DNA of 64,000 bases from Candidatus Cloacimonadota bacterium (GCA_029553545.1 JAKPKU010000001.1:5639-69638); one strand, 5' to 3'. Positions 53,543 to 63,400 are shown, counted from the stretch's first letter. A program made the numbers and translations. The notes: generated by a model not told the origin, from the sequence alone.

Positions 53543-54503
53543 TAATCTACAAAATACGAAAGACCAGATTATCAGTGAATTACATAAGGTAATTATCGGT
53601 CAAGATAAAGTAATTGAACAGATAATGATAGCCTTATTTGCTAATGGTCATTGTTTGATTGAAGGGGTGCCAGGTTTGGCTAAGACTCTGATGATATCAA
53701 CATTGGCAAAGATCTTACAATTGAAATTTAGCCGTATTCAATTTACACCAGATTTGATGCCCTCAGATATCACTGGTACTGAGGTTTTAACAGAAAATAA
53801 GAGTGATGGTACAAAGTACTTCCAATTCATCAAGGGACCTATATTTGCTAATTTAATTTTGGCAGATGAGATAAATAGAACGCCACCAAAGACACAGTCA
53901 GCACTATTGCAAGCAATGCAAGAGTTTCAAGTGAGTGTAGGCAATACCACATTTCCACTTAGCTCACCTTTTTTAGTAATTGCTACTCAAAACCCAATTG
54001 AGCAAGAAGGTACTTATCCTTTACCAGAAGCTCAATTAGATAGATTTATGTTGAATATTATAATTGATTATCCAAACTTTGAAGAAGAAAAAGAAATAGT
54101 ACTGAGTACAACAAGTAAGCAAGTCAATGAACCACAGGCAATTATTACACAAGAATCAATTTTAGGTATTCAATCTGCCATCTATGATATACCTGTCAGT
54201 GAGCATGTTTTATCTTATGCAGTTCGCCTTGTGAGAGCTACCAGACCTAATGAGATAGATTCTCCAGAATACATTAAAAGGTGGGTGAATTGGGGTGCAG
54301 GTCCAAGAGCATCGCAGTATTTGGTTCAAGCAGCAAAGATATTTGCAGCATTAAAAGGCAGATTGTCGCCATCTATTGATGATATTAGGGCTGTTGCTGA
54401 TATAGTTTTGAGGCATAGAGTATTAGTTTCATATGCAGCAGAGGCAGATGGCTTTAAATCAAGCCAAATCATAGAAAAACTATTAAAAGAGACTATTAAT
54501 TAA
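53508..54503 (+). CDS. MoxR-family AAA+ ATPase
   Basis: VIIGQD...LIEGVPGLAKT Walker A, ADEINRTPPKTQSALLQAMQE Walker B/sensor region, and ATQNPIEQEGTYPLPEAQLDRF. The ATG at 53508 is preceded by GGAGA; the track start is 53496. Confidence 0.85.
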   Translation: MTQPQNNMELLDNLQNTKDQIISELHKVIIGQDKVIEQIMIALFANGHCLIEGVPGLAKTLMISTLAKILQLKFSRIQFTPDLMPSDITGTEVLTENKSDGTKYFQFIKGPIFANLILADEINRTPPKTQSALLQAMQEFQVSVGNTTFPLSSPFLVIATQNPIEQEGTYPLPEAQLDRFMLNIIIDYPNFEEEKEIVLSTTSKQVNEPQAIITQESILGIQSAIYDIPVSEHVLSYAVRLVRATRPNEIDSPEYIKRWVNWGAGPRASQYLVQAAKIFAALKGRLSPSIDDIRAVADIVLRHRVLVSYAAEADGFKSSQIIEKLLKETIN

Positions 54504-54530
54504 ATAGTTTTTGATATTATGTTATTTTTG

Positions 54531-54558
54531 TTGACAGAAAGAATTAATTATATATTAT
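54531..54558 (+). promoter_or_regulatory. putative sigma70-type promoter of purA
   Basis: TTGACA (54531-54536), a 16-nt spacer and TATTAT (54553-54558). Confidence 0.4.
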
Positions 54559-54609
54559 ATCTTTTTATGTTAAATATGAAGTATAAAAAGGTTTATAAGG
54601 AGTAATGAA

Positions 54610-55872
54610 ATGAGCGTAACAGCGGTTTTGGGATGCCTTTTTGGAGATGAAGCAAAGGCTAAAATTGTGGATGTGCTTGCTAGCGATGCAGATATTATTG
54701 TACGCTTTCAAGGAGGTAGTAATGCTGGACATACAATACAATTTAATAATCAGAAATTTGTGATGCACTTGATTCCTTCAGGCATATTTCATGAAGGCAA
54801 GAAATGCGCTTTAGGTTCTGCTGTTGTTATAGACCCAGAACAACTTGAAAAGGAAATGAACGCTTTGATAGAGAAGGGTGTAGATCTTAAAGGAAGATTC
54901 TTGATCGACCAGCGAGCTTCAATAGTTTTACCTCTTCATAAGCAACTTGATGAGCGACAAGAAGAGCTATCTGGAGATAAAAAAATCGGCACAACAAAGC
55001 GCGGAATAGGTCCTTGCTATTCAGACTCAATTGCACGTATAGGCATAAGAATGACTGATTTAAATGATTTAAAGGTACTAAAATATAAGTTGTCTTATTT
55101 AAGTAAATATCATCACCTTGAAATGGATGATGATGCAGTAAAAGCCCAAGCTGAAAGCTTATTTGCTTTTGGTGAACGGATGAAAGATTGCTTTGTTAAT
55201 TTGCCTTATATTTTGAATAAATATTATATTGAGGATAAAGAAATACTCTTTGAAGGTGCGCAAGGGACTCTATTAGATATCTATTTTGGCACCTATCCAT
55301 ATGTGACTTCATCTCACACTGTTTCTGGGGGCATCTCTATTGCTACAGGTTTTGCACCTAATAAGATTGATCTCTTGATCGGGGTATTCAAAGCATACTT
55401 TAGCCGTGTTGGGTCTGGTCCATTTCCTACAGAATTGAGCTGTCAGATAGGAGAAAAAATTAGAAAGCAAGGTAATGAGTTTGGCTCTACAACTGGGCGG
55501 CCACGTCGTTGTGGCTGGTTTGATGCTGTGGCTGCTAAATACTCTATTATGGTTAATGGAATTGATAATATTGCACTTACTCTGCTCGATGTTTTAACAG
55601 GCTTTGATGAATTAAAAATCTGCACTGGATATATGATCGATGGTAAATTGATTACAGAGTTTCCTGCAGACCAAAGAATATTGGAAAATGCTGAACCTGT
55701 TTATACTGTTATGGACTCTTGGCAAGAAGATATTACTCAATGCAAAACTTGGGAGTCTTTACCATTAAATGCACAACTTTATGTTAAAAAGATAGAGAGC
55801 TTACTCGAACGACCTGTATCAATTGTATCTGTAGGACCAAATCGAGAACAGACGATATTTTTAAGTGAATAG
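54610..55872 (+). CDS. purA: adenylosuccinate synthetase
   Basis: GGSNAGHT, TTKRGIGPCY, GAQGTLLDI and EFGSTTGRPRRCGW motifs. The P-loop reads GDEAKAK rather than the usual GDEGKGK. Confidence 0.9.
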   Translation: MSVTAVLGCLFGDEAKAKIVDVLASDADIIVRFQGGSNAGHTIQFNNQKFVMHLIPSGIFHEGKKCALGSAVVIDPEQLEKEMNALIEKGVDLKGRFLIDQRASIVLPLHKQLDERQEELSGDKKIGTTKRGIGPCYSDSIARIGIRMTDLNDLKVLKYKLSYLSKYHHLEMDDDAVKAQAESLFAFGERMKDCFVNLPYILNKYYIEDKEILFEGAQGTLLDIYFGTYPYVTSSHTVSGGISIATGFAPNKIDLLIGVFKAYFSRVGSGPFPTELSCQIGEKIRKQGNEFGSTTGRPRRCGWFDAVAAKYSIMVNGIDNIALTLLDVLTGFDELKICTGYMIDGKLITEFPADQRILENAEPVYTVMDSWQEDITQCKTWESLPLNAQLYVKKIESLLERPVSIVSVGPNREQTIFLSE

Positions 55873-55881
55873 GAGAAGACA

Positions 55882-57066
55882 ATGAAACATTTGTCACTTA
55901 TCATTATGCTTTTAATAAGCTTTTGCCTCTTTGCAGAGCCTGTAGACTATGCAGGTCCCGATTTTGCACAAGGCTTTTATGACATGTATTCAAAGAACTT
56001 TATCAATGCAGAAATGGCTGGTAGAGGGCACTCAGGTATTGCTTTTACTGGTGGGGCTGAGTATGGTAATCATAATCCTGCTACACTGCTTGATACCTAT
56101 AATAATCTGTATTTTGAGATTGCTATAAAGCCCAGAGTTACTGAGTTTAACGAACTTCAAGATAATAAATACCAGTCAAATTCACCTATTAATGCTGTTG
56201 GATTTACACTTGCACCTTTTGGCAACTTCCATTTAGGCTTTATGTACAGTCTTGAGAACTCTCTTGAGTATTATTCTTTTAGTAGAACATTACCACAAAC
56301 AACTACAACTATTGACTATACCCCTGAATACTATAATCATCGAATTAGTCTTATGTTTGCACATCAACTGACAGATAAGCTGTCTTATGGGATTAACTCA
56401 AACCTTCATATACATAGTTTTAAAGAATATAGAAATGAAGGCAAAGTCGATTTATTAAACTTTCAAGAGTCTTTTCTTCAGCTTCAGCCAGGCGTCTTGT
56501 ATCAGACAGATTATGTGAATATTGGGGCTTCTTTTTTGCCATCTGTTGATGTTGATTACAAGTACAAATATATAGACTATAAGATGACAATTCCTGCCGA
56601 GATAAATGCTGGTGCAACACTAAAGCTCAAAAACAACTTGTATATTTTAGCTGATACTGATTATACCTTTTATAGCCAACAAGCCGATTATATGGAAAAT
56701 CAGCTGACATGGAAACTTGGTATTGAAAAACAAGTAAAGAACCCATTTGATATGCTTGGGGACTATTCTCTCAGAGCAGGCTATATTTATAAGCCAAAGG
56801 TTTTCTCAGGTGAGTATAATGTTCCAGACTATTCAAATCCTGCACATGATGAATTTCACCCCAATTTTTATCATGACATCCCCTCAATGGGGCGTATTAG
56901 CGCCGTTGATATGTCGTATTTAACAGTTGGCACAAGCGTAAGAATTAATCATGATGTAGAGCTTAATTTAGCTTACCTTGCCGATCTTAAGGGCGACTTG
57001 AAGCTCAATCAATTCATTAGCTCTTTGAAATTTGACTTAGCTGTTTTTAAATATTTAAAAAAATAG
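55882..57066 (+). CDS. outer-membrane beta-barrel protein (FadL/PorV-like)
   Basis: Signal peptide, an N-terminal AGRGHSGIAFTGGAEYGNHNPATL motif reminiscent of FadL/PorV-type barrels, and an alternating beta pattern. Confidence 0.4.
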   Translation: MKHLSLIIMLLISFCLFAEPVDYAGPDFAQGFYDMYSKNFINAEMAGRGHSGIAFTGGAEYGNHNPATLLDTYNNLYFEIAIKPRVTEFNELQDNKYQSNSPINAVGFTLAPFGNFHLGFMYSLENSLEYYSFSRTLPQTTTTIDYTPEYYNHRISLMFAHQLTDKLSYGINSNLHIHSFKEYRNEGKVDLLNFQESFLQLQPGVLYQTDYVNIGASFLPSVDVDYKYKYIDYKMTIPAEINAGATLKLKNNLYILADTDYTFYSQQADYMENQLTWKLGIEKQVKNPFDMLGDYSLRAGYIYKPKVFSGEYNVPDYSNPAHDEFHPNFYHDIPSMGRISAVDMSYLTVGTSVRINHDVELNLAYLADLKGDLKLNQFISSLKFDLAVFKYLKK

Positions 57067-57132
57067 CTTGCAATATAAAACAAAATATGATAAATTATGC
57101 TTAGGCGTTTAAACAAAGATAGTAAAATATAA

Positions 57133-57915
57133 ATGGAGGTTGATAAAAAAAAGATGTATCCTAAGATAACTTTTGTTAATACTGATTTAAAAGCAAATCA
57201 TAAAAAGCTCGATCAAAACATGGATCAACTTACTGTAAGTGATTTTGTTTCTGAAGTTAATAATTGTGCTAAGGATGATACAGTTTATATTTTTGAAAAC
57301 CTCAACCACTTTTTGAATATCAACATAGATAGAATTATTGCATTTAATACCATCTTCTTTTACTTCAATAGCTATCAAGATGTGATAGATGGGCTCTCAA
57401 GATCAACTAATAAAGACATTTCAGCCATTTGCGATAAAATAAAGACTGAACACTTACTAAAAGATGTGGTTCATATGTCTACATTAATAAAACAAGAATT
57501 TTGCCATAACCAGTGTAAGTCTGTATTCTGCCACGTTGAAAGCTGTCATGAGGACATAGATAATGTATCAGACTTATTGGGAAAATTTATTAACAATCAT
57601 TATCGTGATATTACAAAGCTTGAGTTTTTTGAGTTTAATCTCGTATTACGTGAGCTATTAACTAATGCTGTCAAGCATGGCAATAAACTCGATAAAACGA
57701 AAGATATAATATTTGCTGTTTTTTTGAATATCGACGAAGGCAGGATAGGCTTTGCAGTTAAGGACGAAGGAGAAGGTTTTGATTTTAAAGGGCATCTTCA
57801 TTCAATCGAAAAGGATGAGCTTCGTATTAATGAACGAGGGTTGTTTTTGATTAACGAATTTTGTAATAAAATATATAGTAATAATAATCTAATAATTGTT
57901 GAACTAAAAAAATAG
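57133..57915 (+). CDS. RsbW/SpoIIAB-like anti-sigma-factor serine kinase domain protein with an uncharacterised Cys/His-rich N-terminal domain
   Basis: C-terminal HATPase_c_2-like region (LVLRELLTNAVKHGN...FAVKDEGEGFDF...ERGLFLI). The N-terminal roughly 150 aa contain HNQCKSVFCHVESCHED. Confidence 0.6.
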   Translation: MEVDKKKMYPKITFVNTDLKANHKKLDQNMDQLTVSDFVSEVNNCAKDDTVYIFENLNHFLNINIDRIIAFNTIFFYFNSYQDVIDGLSRSTNKDISAICDKIKTEHLLKDVVHMSTLIKQEFCHNQCKSVFCHVESCHEDIDNVSDLLGKFINNHYRDITKLEFFEFNLVLRELLTNAVKHGNKLDKTKDIIFAVFLNIDEGRIGFAVKDEGEGFDFKGHLHSIEKDELRINERGLFLINEFCNKIYSNNNLIIVELKK

Positions 57916-57929
57916 AAAAGGGAGAGTAC

Positions 57930-58232
57930 ATGGAAGCTGTCATAAAAGAAAATGTTATGGAGTTAGTTGCAAAATCAAACTTGGTTGCATCTACTATTGA
58001 TAGTCAAACCAGCCTTGCTAAAGATGCACTGGCACAAAACCCCAATATTGAAAATATAGTTTTAAACCTCGGTAATGTCGCAGAAATTGACTCTATGGGT
58101 ATAAATTTCGTCGTAGGACTTTACAAAGAGATTCATGCAGAAAACAGGAACTTTTCCGTTATTAATACATCACGTGCGATACTCAATCTCTTCAATTTAT
58201 TCAAATTAACTTCGTATTTTGAAGTGTCTTAA
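57930..58232 (+). CDS. STAS-domain anti-sigma-factor antagonist
   Basis: A 100-aa protein. VLNLGNVAEIDSMGINFVVGLYKE contains the conserved DS(M/A)G phosphorylatable-serine motif of SpoIIAA/RsbV. Confidence 0.7.
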   Translation: MEAVIKENVMELVAKSNLVASTIDSQTSLAKDALAQNPNIENIVLNLGNVAEIDSMGINFVVGLYKEIHAENRNFSVINTSRAILNLFNLFKLTSYFEVS

Positions 58233-58250
58233 TTAAGTAAGGAGGTGTTC

Positions 58251-61200
58251 ATGGTCGGACAAGATCCTGAAATGTTACAAATGTTTCTTGAAGAAGCAAA
58301 TGAACATTTAAATAGTTTAGAACCTGATTTATTGCTTTTAGAATCTAATAAAGAAAACCCAGATCCAGAATTGATAAACCGCATTTTTAGAGCAGTTCAT
58401 AGTCTAAAAGGATCAGCAGGGTTTTTTGGTTTTCAAAACATAACTTCTTTAAGCCATGTGATGGAAAGCTTGCTGTCAATGGTAAGAGATGGAAAACTTG
58501 CGCCAACTTCAATAATGATTACTAAGTTGTTGGAAGGAACCGACTTGCTTAAGCAAATGGTAGAAGATATTGATAATAGCGAAGCTGTTGATGCAGTCGA
58601 TGTTATAAAAAAATTAGATGGATTTTTGACTGGTGAAGCAGCTGTTGAAATGGTGGAAATACCTGTGGAGAATAAAGATAGCTTGCCAGAAAAGCTTTCC
58701 AAACAATTCCAAATACCCGTCTCAGAGCTTAAAAAAGCATTGGCTCATGGGCATTTTCTATATTCAGTTCATGCTTTTACTAAAAAAGATATGAAGCAAA
58801 AAGGAAAGACACCTTTAGACTATCTCAAAAATATTGAAAAGCTTGGTAGATTAATCGGTTCTTATGCTGACTTATCGACAATTAGCGGACTGGATAACTC
58901 CATTTCTGATAATGATATGTCTTTTGTATACCTGTTTTCATCTGTATTAGAGCCAGACTTGATTGCAATTGGCCTTGAGGTAGATGACTCGCAAATATTA
59001 ACGTTGGATATACCAGAGTTTATTGATAAAGAATTTAAAGTGTTGCACAGTGCTCATAAAAGCCCTGAAGTATTGCCTGAAGAGAACAAAAAAGAAGAAG
59101 AACCACAAAAGAAAAAGAAGGCTAAAAAAGAAGAGCCCGTAGAAGCAGAAATTGAGCCTATAGAAGAAACACTTCAAGAAGCAATTCCTCATACAGCTGA
59201 AGTTGAAAAGACCGTAAACTCATCAAAAAAAGATACAACTCATCACCAAGAGACATTGAGAGTATCTGTCTCTCTGTTAAATAATTTGATGGCTTTTGCT
59301 GGCGAGCTCGTCTTAGCAAGGAATCAGCTTTTGAGAATGGCTTCAGAGCCTGCAAAAGAGGTACCAGGTCTCTCAGCAGTTTTGCAAGATATTGATATGA
59401 CAACTTCTGTTCTACAAGAAAAGATAATGAATACCAGAATGCAGCCTATCTCCCTTGTATTTAACAAGTTCCCACGTATGATTAGAGAGCTTGGTATGAA
59501 GCTTGACAAAAAAATCGTGCTTGAAACTTCAGGTAATGACGTTGATTTGGATAAATCTATCATCGAAAATCTATCTGACCCAATGACTCACCTTGTGCGT
59601 AATTGTGCAGACCATGCAATTGAAATTCCTGCAGATAGACTTAAAAAAGGCAAACCTGAGCAGGGTACTGTATGGCTGAAAGCTTATCATGAAGGTGGTA
59701 AGGTTAATATCGATGTGATTGATGATGGAGCTGGAATAGACGCCAAGAAGATAATGAAAAAAGCTATTGAGAAGAATGTTATCTCAAAAGAAGATTGTGA
59801 TAAGTTGTCAGAAAAACAAATGCTTGAATTAATATTTGCACCTGGATTCTCTACTGCAGAGCAAGTCTCTGATGTATCAGGGCGTGGCGTCGGTATGGAT
59901 GTGGTCAAAACAAATATTGAAAAGCTCGGTGGCTCAGTTAGTATAGAATCAACTATTAATGTAGGAACTAAAATTAATCTGAAATTGCCACTTACCTTAG
60001 CAATCATTCCATCGTTAATTGTCAAGACTAATGAGATGCATTTTGCTTTACCACAAGTGTCTTTGAAAGAGCTTGTTAGAGTTAAAAATGATGACGAAAA
60101 TAGAAAAATAGAGAAAGTAAACGAATCGCCTGTATTAAGACTTAGAAATAAGCTCTTGCCAATAATCTATCTTAGTGAAGTACTGGGAATTGAAGAAAAG
60201 CATGGGGATAGCGAAATTACACGTGTCTTAGTCTTAAAACATGATTTGAACGAATTTGGGCTCGTGGTTGATGAGATCGTTGGGGTTGAAGAGATCGTTG
60301 TGAAATCTATTCCTCTTTTCTTCAAAAACACAAACTGCTACTCAGGCACTACAATTATGGGTGATGGGTCTGTCTCTTTAATTCTTGATATCTCAGGGCT
60401 TGCCAATAAAGCTGGGCTGAATTTTGCAAGCATAAGAGAACAAGAGAAGGCGCTTGATATCGACGAAGATATAGCCGTTGGTGATTCCTCAGAACATCAA
60501 GATATTCTACTATTTGAAAATGCTGAAGAAGAGTATTTTGCACTTAATTTAGACCTGATTAAACGCATTGAAAAACTGTATGATGATGATTTTGAGCTGG
60601 TGGGTGAAAAAGAATATATCGAGCATGAAAACAAAAGTCTACGAGTCATAAGATTAGAGCATTTCCTACCTGTAAAGGCACGTCAAGAGCAACAAGATTT
60701 TCGTTATGTGATTATTCCCAAACTGCTTGAAAACCCTATTGGCATTGTCGCTCATAAAATCATTGATTCATTATCAACAAAGATTCATATAGACACTGAG
60801 AATATTACTTCAAAAGGATTGATTGGCTCTGCCTTATTAGATGATAAACTTGTATTATTCCCTGATATTTATCAAATTGTTGAACTTGCTGAACCAGAAA
60901 AGAGTTTGTTGAAAATGAACAATAAGAACTCTAAATATAGAATCTTGATAGTAGAAGATACGTCTTTCTTCCGTACACTTGAAAAACAGTATTTCGAATC
61001 AGCTGGATTTAAAGTGGATACAGCAATTGATGGATTAGATGCATTAAAGAAGATAACAAAAACCAATTACGATCTTTTCGTCGTAGACTTACTTATGCCA
61101 CGAATGGATGGCTATGAGTTTACTCGTGAGGTACGTAAGAATGCTAAGTTCATCAATACCCCTTGTGTAGCTGTTACTACTTTAACAAGTGATGAGAGTA

Positions 61201-61307
61201 GAGCTAAAGCAAAAGATGCAGGTTTTGATGCTTATGAAATCAAGATTCATAAAGAAAAACTAATTGAAACAGTAACCTCTCTCTTACATGCAGAGAAGTT
61301 TGAATAA
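58251..61307 (+). CDS. cheA: hybrid chemotaxis-type histidine kinase CheA with two CheW-like domains and a C-terminal receiver domain
   Basis: Hpt (AVHSLKGSAGFFGF), dimerisation domain, HATPase (HLVRNCADHAIE...DDGAGID...GRGVGMDVV), two CheW-like segments, and REC (ILIVEDTSFF...VVDLLMPRMDGYEF). The ATG at 58251 lies 5 nt after GGAGG. Confidence 0.85.
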   Translation: MVGQDPEMLQMFLEEANEHLNSLEPDLLLLESNKENPDPELINRIFRAVHSLKGSAGFFGFQNITSLSHVMESLLSMVRDGKLAPTSIMITKLLEGTDLLKQMVEDIDNSEAVDAVDVIKKLDGFLTGEAAVEMVEIPVENKDSLPEKLSKQFQIPVSELKKALAHGHFLYSVHAFTKKDMKQKGKTPLDYLKNIEKLGRLIGSYADLSTISGLDNSISDNDMSFVYLFSSVLEPDLIAIGLEVDDSQILTLDIPEFIDKEFKVLHSAHKSPEVLPEENKKEEEPQKKKKAKKEEPVEAEIEPIEETLQEAIPHTAEVEKTVNSSKKDTTHHQETLRVSVSLLNNLMAFAGELVLARNQLLRMASEPAKEVPGLSAVLQDIDMTTSVLQEKIMNTRMQPISLVFNKFPRMIRELGMKLDKKIVLETSGNDVDLDKSIIENLSDPMTHLVRNCADHAIEIPADRLKKGKPEQGTVWLKAYHEGGKVNIDVIDDGAGIDAKKIMKKAIEKNVISKEDCDKLSEKQMLELIFAPGFSTAEQVSDVSGRGVGMDVVKTNIEKLGGSVSIESTINVGTKINLKLPLTLAIIPSLIVKTNEMHFALPQVSLKELVRVKNDDENRKIEKVNESPVLRLRNKLLPIIYLSEVLGIEEKHGDSEITRVLVLKHDLNEFGLVVDEIVGVEEIVVKSIPLFFKNTNCYSGTTIMGDGSVSLILDISGLANKAGLNFASIREQEKALDIDEDIAVGDSSEHQDILLFENAEEEYFALNLDLIKRIEKLYDDDFELVGEKEYIEHENKSLRVIRLEHFLPVKARQEQQDFRYVIIPKLLENPIGIVAHKIIDSLSTKIHIDTENITSKGLIGSALLDDKLVLFPDIYQIVELAEPEKSLLKMNNKNSKYRILIVEDTSFFRTLEKQYFESAGFKVDTAIDGLDALKKITKTNYDLFVVDLLMPRMDGYEFTREVRKNAKFINTPCVAVTTLTSDESRAKAKDAGFDAYEIKIHKEKLIETVTSLLHAEKFE

Positions 61308-61316
61308 GACATTAAC

Positions 61317-61352
61317 AAGGCATACTTTTAATCAAGTATGCCTTATTTTTTT
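61317..61352 (+). terminator. rho-independent terminator
   Basis: A perfect 11-bp stem AAGGCATACTT / AAGTATGCCTT with a 6-nt loop is followed by ATTTTTTT. The ORF-track start at 61338 lies inside this stem. Confidence 0.85.
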
Positions 61353-61370
61353 GGACAGACAGCAGACTGC

Positions 61371-62282
61371 ATGAGTCAAGGCTTTCTCTATGCGCTAATT
61401 GCACTTTTTCTTTGGGGCATACATGGTCCTGCCGGGCGTTATTTATCTTTGCAAGGCGTGGACATGTATTTCGTCTTTGCCTTGCGTTTTTGGCTTGGGA
61501 GCTTAGTTCTTTTTTTGTATTTAATGATCAAAAAATCTCTGAGATTCGCCTGGTTTGAAAATAAAAAACAAATACTACTCATCGCTATTGTTGGCATCTT
61601 TGGTAACTCATTATTGTATCATTTAACTTTGAATTATTTGCCTGGTACACTGGTGATGGTTCTTGAAAACCTCTCTCCAATATTTGTTTTATTTGCTTCT
61701 TTTTATTATTTGAGAGTAAAGCCTAGCCTTAAAGAGATTGCTGCTCTGTTAGTTTCTTTTATAGGTATAGGATTAATTATTCTCAGCAAAGATAAATTCC
61801 CTGAACTTCAAGATGGATACACAGTTGGCGTTATATTAGGTATCTTTACAGGCTTATCATTTGGGGCGTATATCTTTTACTCAGCTCAGTATGTACAACC
61901 GCTTAAAAATGATCCCATAAAGATTATCCAATTCTTATTGAAGGTATTTGTTGTCTCTGCTGTGTTGGGTACACCTTTTTTATTTACTAGCAAAGCACCA
62001 CCAGCGAACTCCATAGAGTGGTTTTGGCTGATAGAGATGGGAGTCTTTCAGTCAGGATTTGCTTATATCTTTTGGAATTATGCATTGTCTCGATTAAACA
62101 CGAATACAGCGTCGATTCTTTTTCTCTTAACTATCGTGTTTACAACTATAAATGAAATCTTGTTTTTAGGTTTAAGATTAAATACCTATCTTGTAGCAGG
62201 TTCCATAATGATCTTTCTTGCAGGCTACCTATTATCGTTTCAATCTAAATCAAGTGTAAAAGTGATTGACATAAAAGGTTAA
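61371..62282 (+). CDS. EamA/DMT-family transporter
   Basis: Ten TM helices in two EamA repeats. The ATG at 61371 (MSQGFLYALIALFLWG) is preferred because the upstream ATG sits inside the terminator hairpin. Confidence 0.75.
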   Translation: MSQGFLYALIALFLWGIHGPAGRYLSLQGVDMYFVFALRFWLGSLVLFLYLMIKKSLRFAWFENKKQILLIAIVGIFGNSLLYHLTLNYLPGTLVMVLENLSPIFVLFASFYYLRVKPSLKEIAALLVSFIGIGLIILSKDKFPELQDGYTVGVILGIFTGLSFGAYIFYSAQYVQPLKNDPIKIIQFLLKVFVVSAVLGTPFLFTSKAPPANSIEWFWLIEMGVFQSGFAYIFWNYALSRLNTNTASILFLLTIVFTTINEILFLGLRLNTYLVAGSIMIFLAGYLLSFQSKSSVKVIDIKG

Positions 62283-62326
62283 GATTACAAAATGACATCA
62301 ATAAAAATATTAAAAATGGAGGCTAA

Positions 62327-63400
62327 ATGAACTACCGTATACTATCAATTAATCCAGGTTCTACATCAACCAAAATATCTGTGTTTGATGATGAGAAAGA
62401 AATCTTTATCAAGACACTAAGACACGACCCTGCTGAGCTTGACAGAGTAGGCACAATCTTAGAACAGGACCAATTCCGTAAAGGATTGGTAATAGAGGCA
62501 ATGAAAGAGAACAATGTTGATCCTGCTACATTAAATGCAGTAGTAGGACGTGGGGGATTGGTTCGCCCTGTGAGCGGTGGTGTTTATAAGATTACCACTA
62601 AAATGCTTGAAGATTTAAAAGACCCAACAATTTGGGGCAGAATACATGCTTCAAATCTCGGTGCTTTTATTGCTACTGCGATTGCTAAAGAGCTCGATAT
62701 TCCTTGCTATATTGTTGACCCAGTTACAGTAGATGAGTTTGATGATATTGCTCGCATTTCAGGTATTCCCGAAGTCGAAAGAAAGTCTCTTTTCCATGCT
62801 TTAAATATCAGATACACAGCAAGAAAGCTTGGCGATAAACTGAACAAGAATTTTGAAGAGACAAACATGGTTGGCGTTCATATGGGTGGTGGAATAACAG
62901 TAGCTGCCATCAAACAAGGTAGAGTTGTTGATGTTAATAATGCTCTTTTAGGTATGGGACCTTTCTCTCCACAGCGTGCTGGTGCACTTCCCATAGGAGA
63001 TGTAATAGATTTATCTTACTCTGGAAAGTATACCAAAAAAGAATTGAATACCTATCTCACAAAGACCGCAGGCTTAATGGCTTATCTCGGTACAGACGAT
63101 GGTAGGGTAGTTACTGAAAGAATCGAAGCAGGTGATCAAGAAGCAAAGAAAATATTTGATGCGATGATATATCAAATTGCAAAAGAGATTGGTGCTTGTG
63201 CTACAGTCCTCAACGGCAAAGTAGATGGCATCTTCTTAACAGGTGGTTTGGCTTACGGAAAGTATATCGTTGAAGAATTAAGCAAAAGAGTAGAGTTCAT
63301 TGCACCTGTACATGTCTTCCCTGGAGAATTTGAAATGGAAGCTCTCACTCAAGCTGGTGTAAGAGTATTAAAAGGGCAAGAAGAAGCTAAAGAATATTAG
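62327..63400 (+). CDS. buk: butyrate kinase
   Basis: ILSINPGSTSTKISVFDDE N-terminus, VGRGG, HASNLGA and GVHMGGG motifs of the acetate/butyrate kinase family. The length and sequence are Buk-like. Confidence 0.9.
   Translation: MNYRILSINPGSTSTKISVFDDEKEIFIKTLRHDPAELDRVGTILEQDQFRKGLVIEAMKENNVDPATLNAVVGRGGLVRPVSGGVYKITTKMLEDLKDPTIWGRIHASNLGAFIATAIAKELDIPCYIVDPVTVDEFDDIARISGIPEVERKSLFHALNIRYTARKLGDKLNKNFEETNMVGVHMGGGITVAAIKQGRVVDVNNALLGMGPFSPQRAGALPIGDVIDLSYSGKYTKKELNTYLTKTAGLMAYLGTDDGRVVTERIEAGDQEAKKIFDAMIYQIAKEIGACATVLNGKVDGIFLTGGLAYGKYIVEELSKRVEFIAPVHVFPGEFEMEALTQAGVRVLKGQEEAKEY

Noticed and set aside
54565-54768. A 67-aa minus-strand ORF across the purA start.
   Set aside because: It is antisense to the well-supported purA N-terminus and promoter region, and shows no supporting signals.
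61338-61370. The upstream ATG start for the EamA transporter given by the track.
   Set aside because: The ATG at 61338 lies inside the 3' arm of the perfect 11-bp terminator hairpin of the cheA operon. The ATG at 61371 gives a normal N-terminus (MSQGFLYALIALFLWG).
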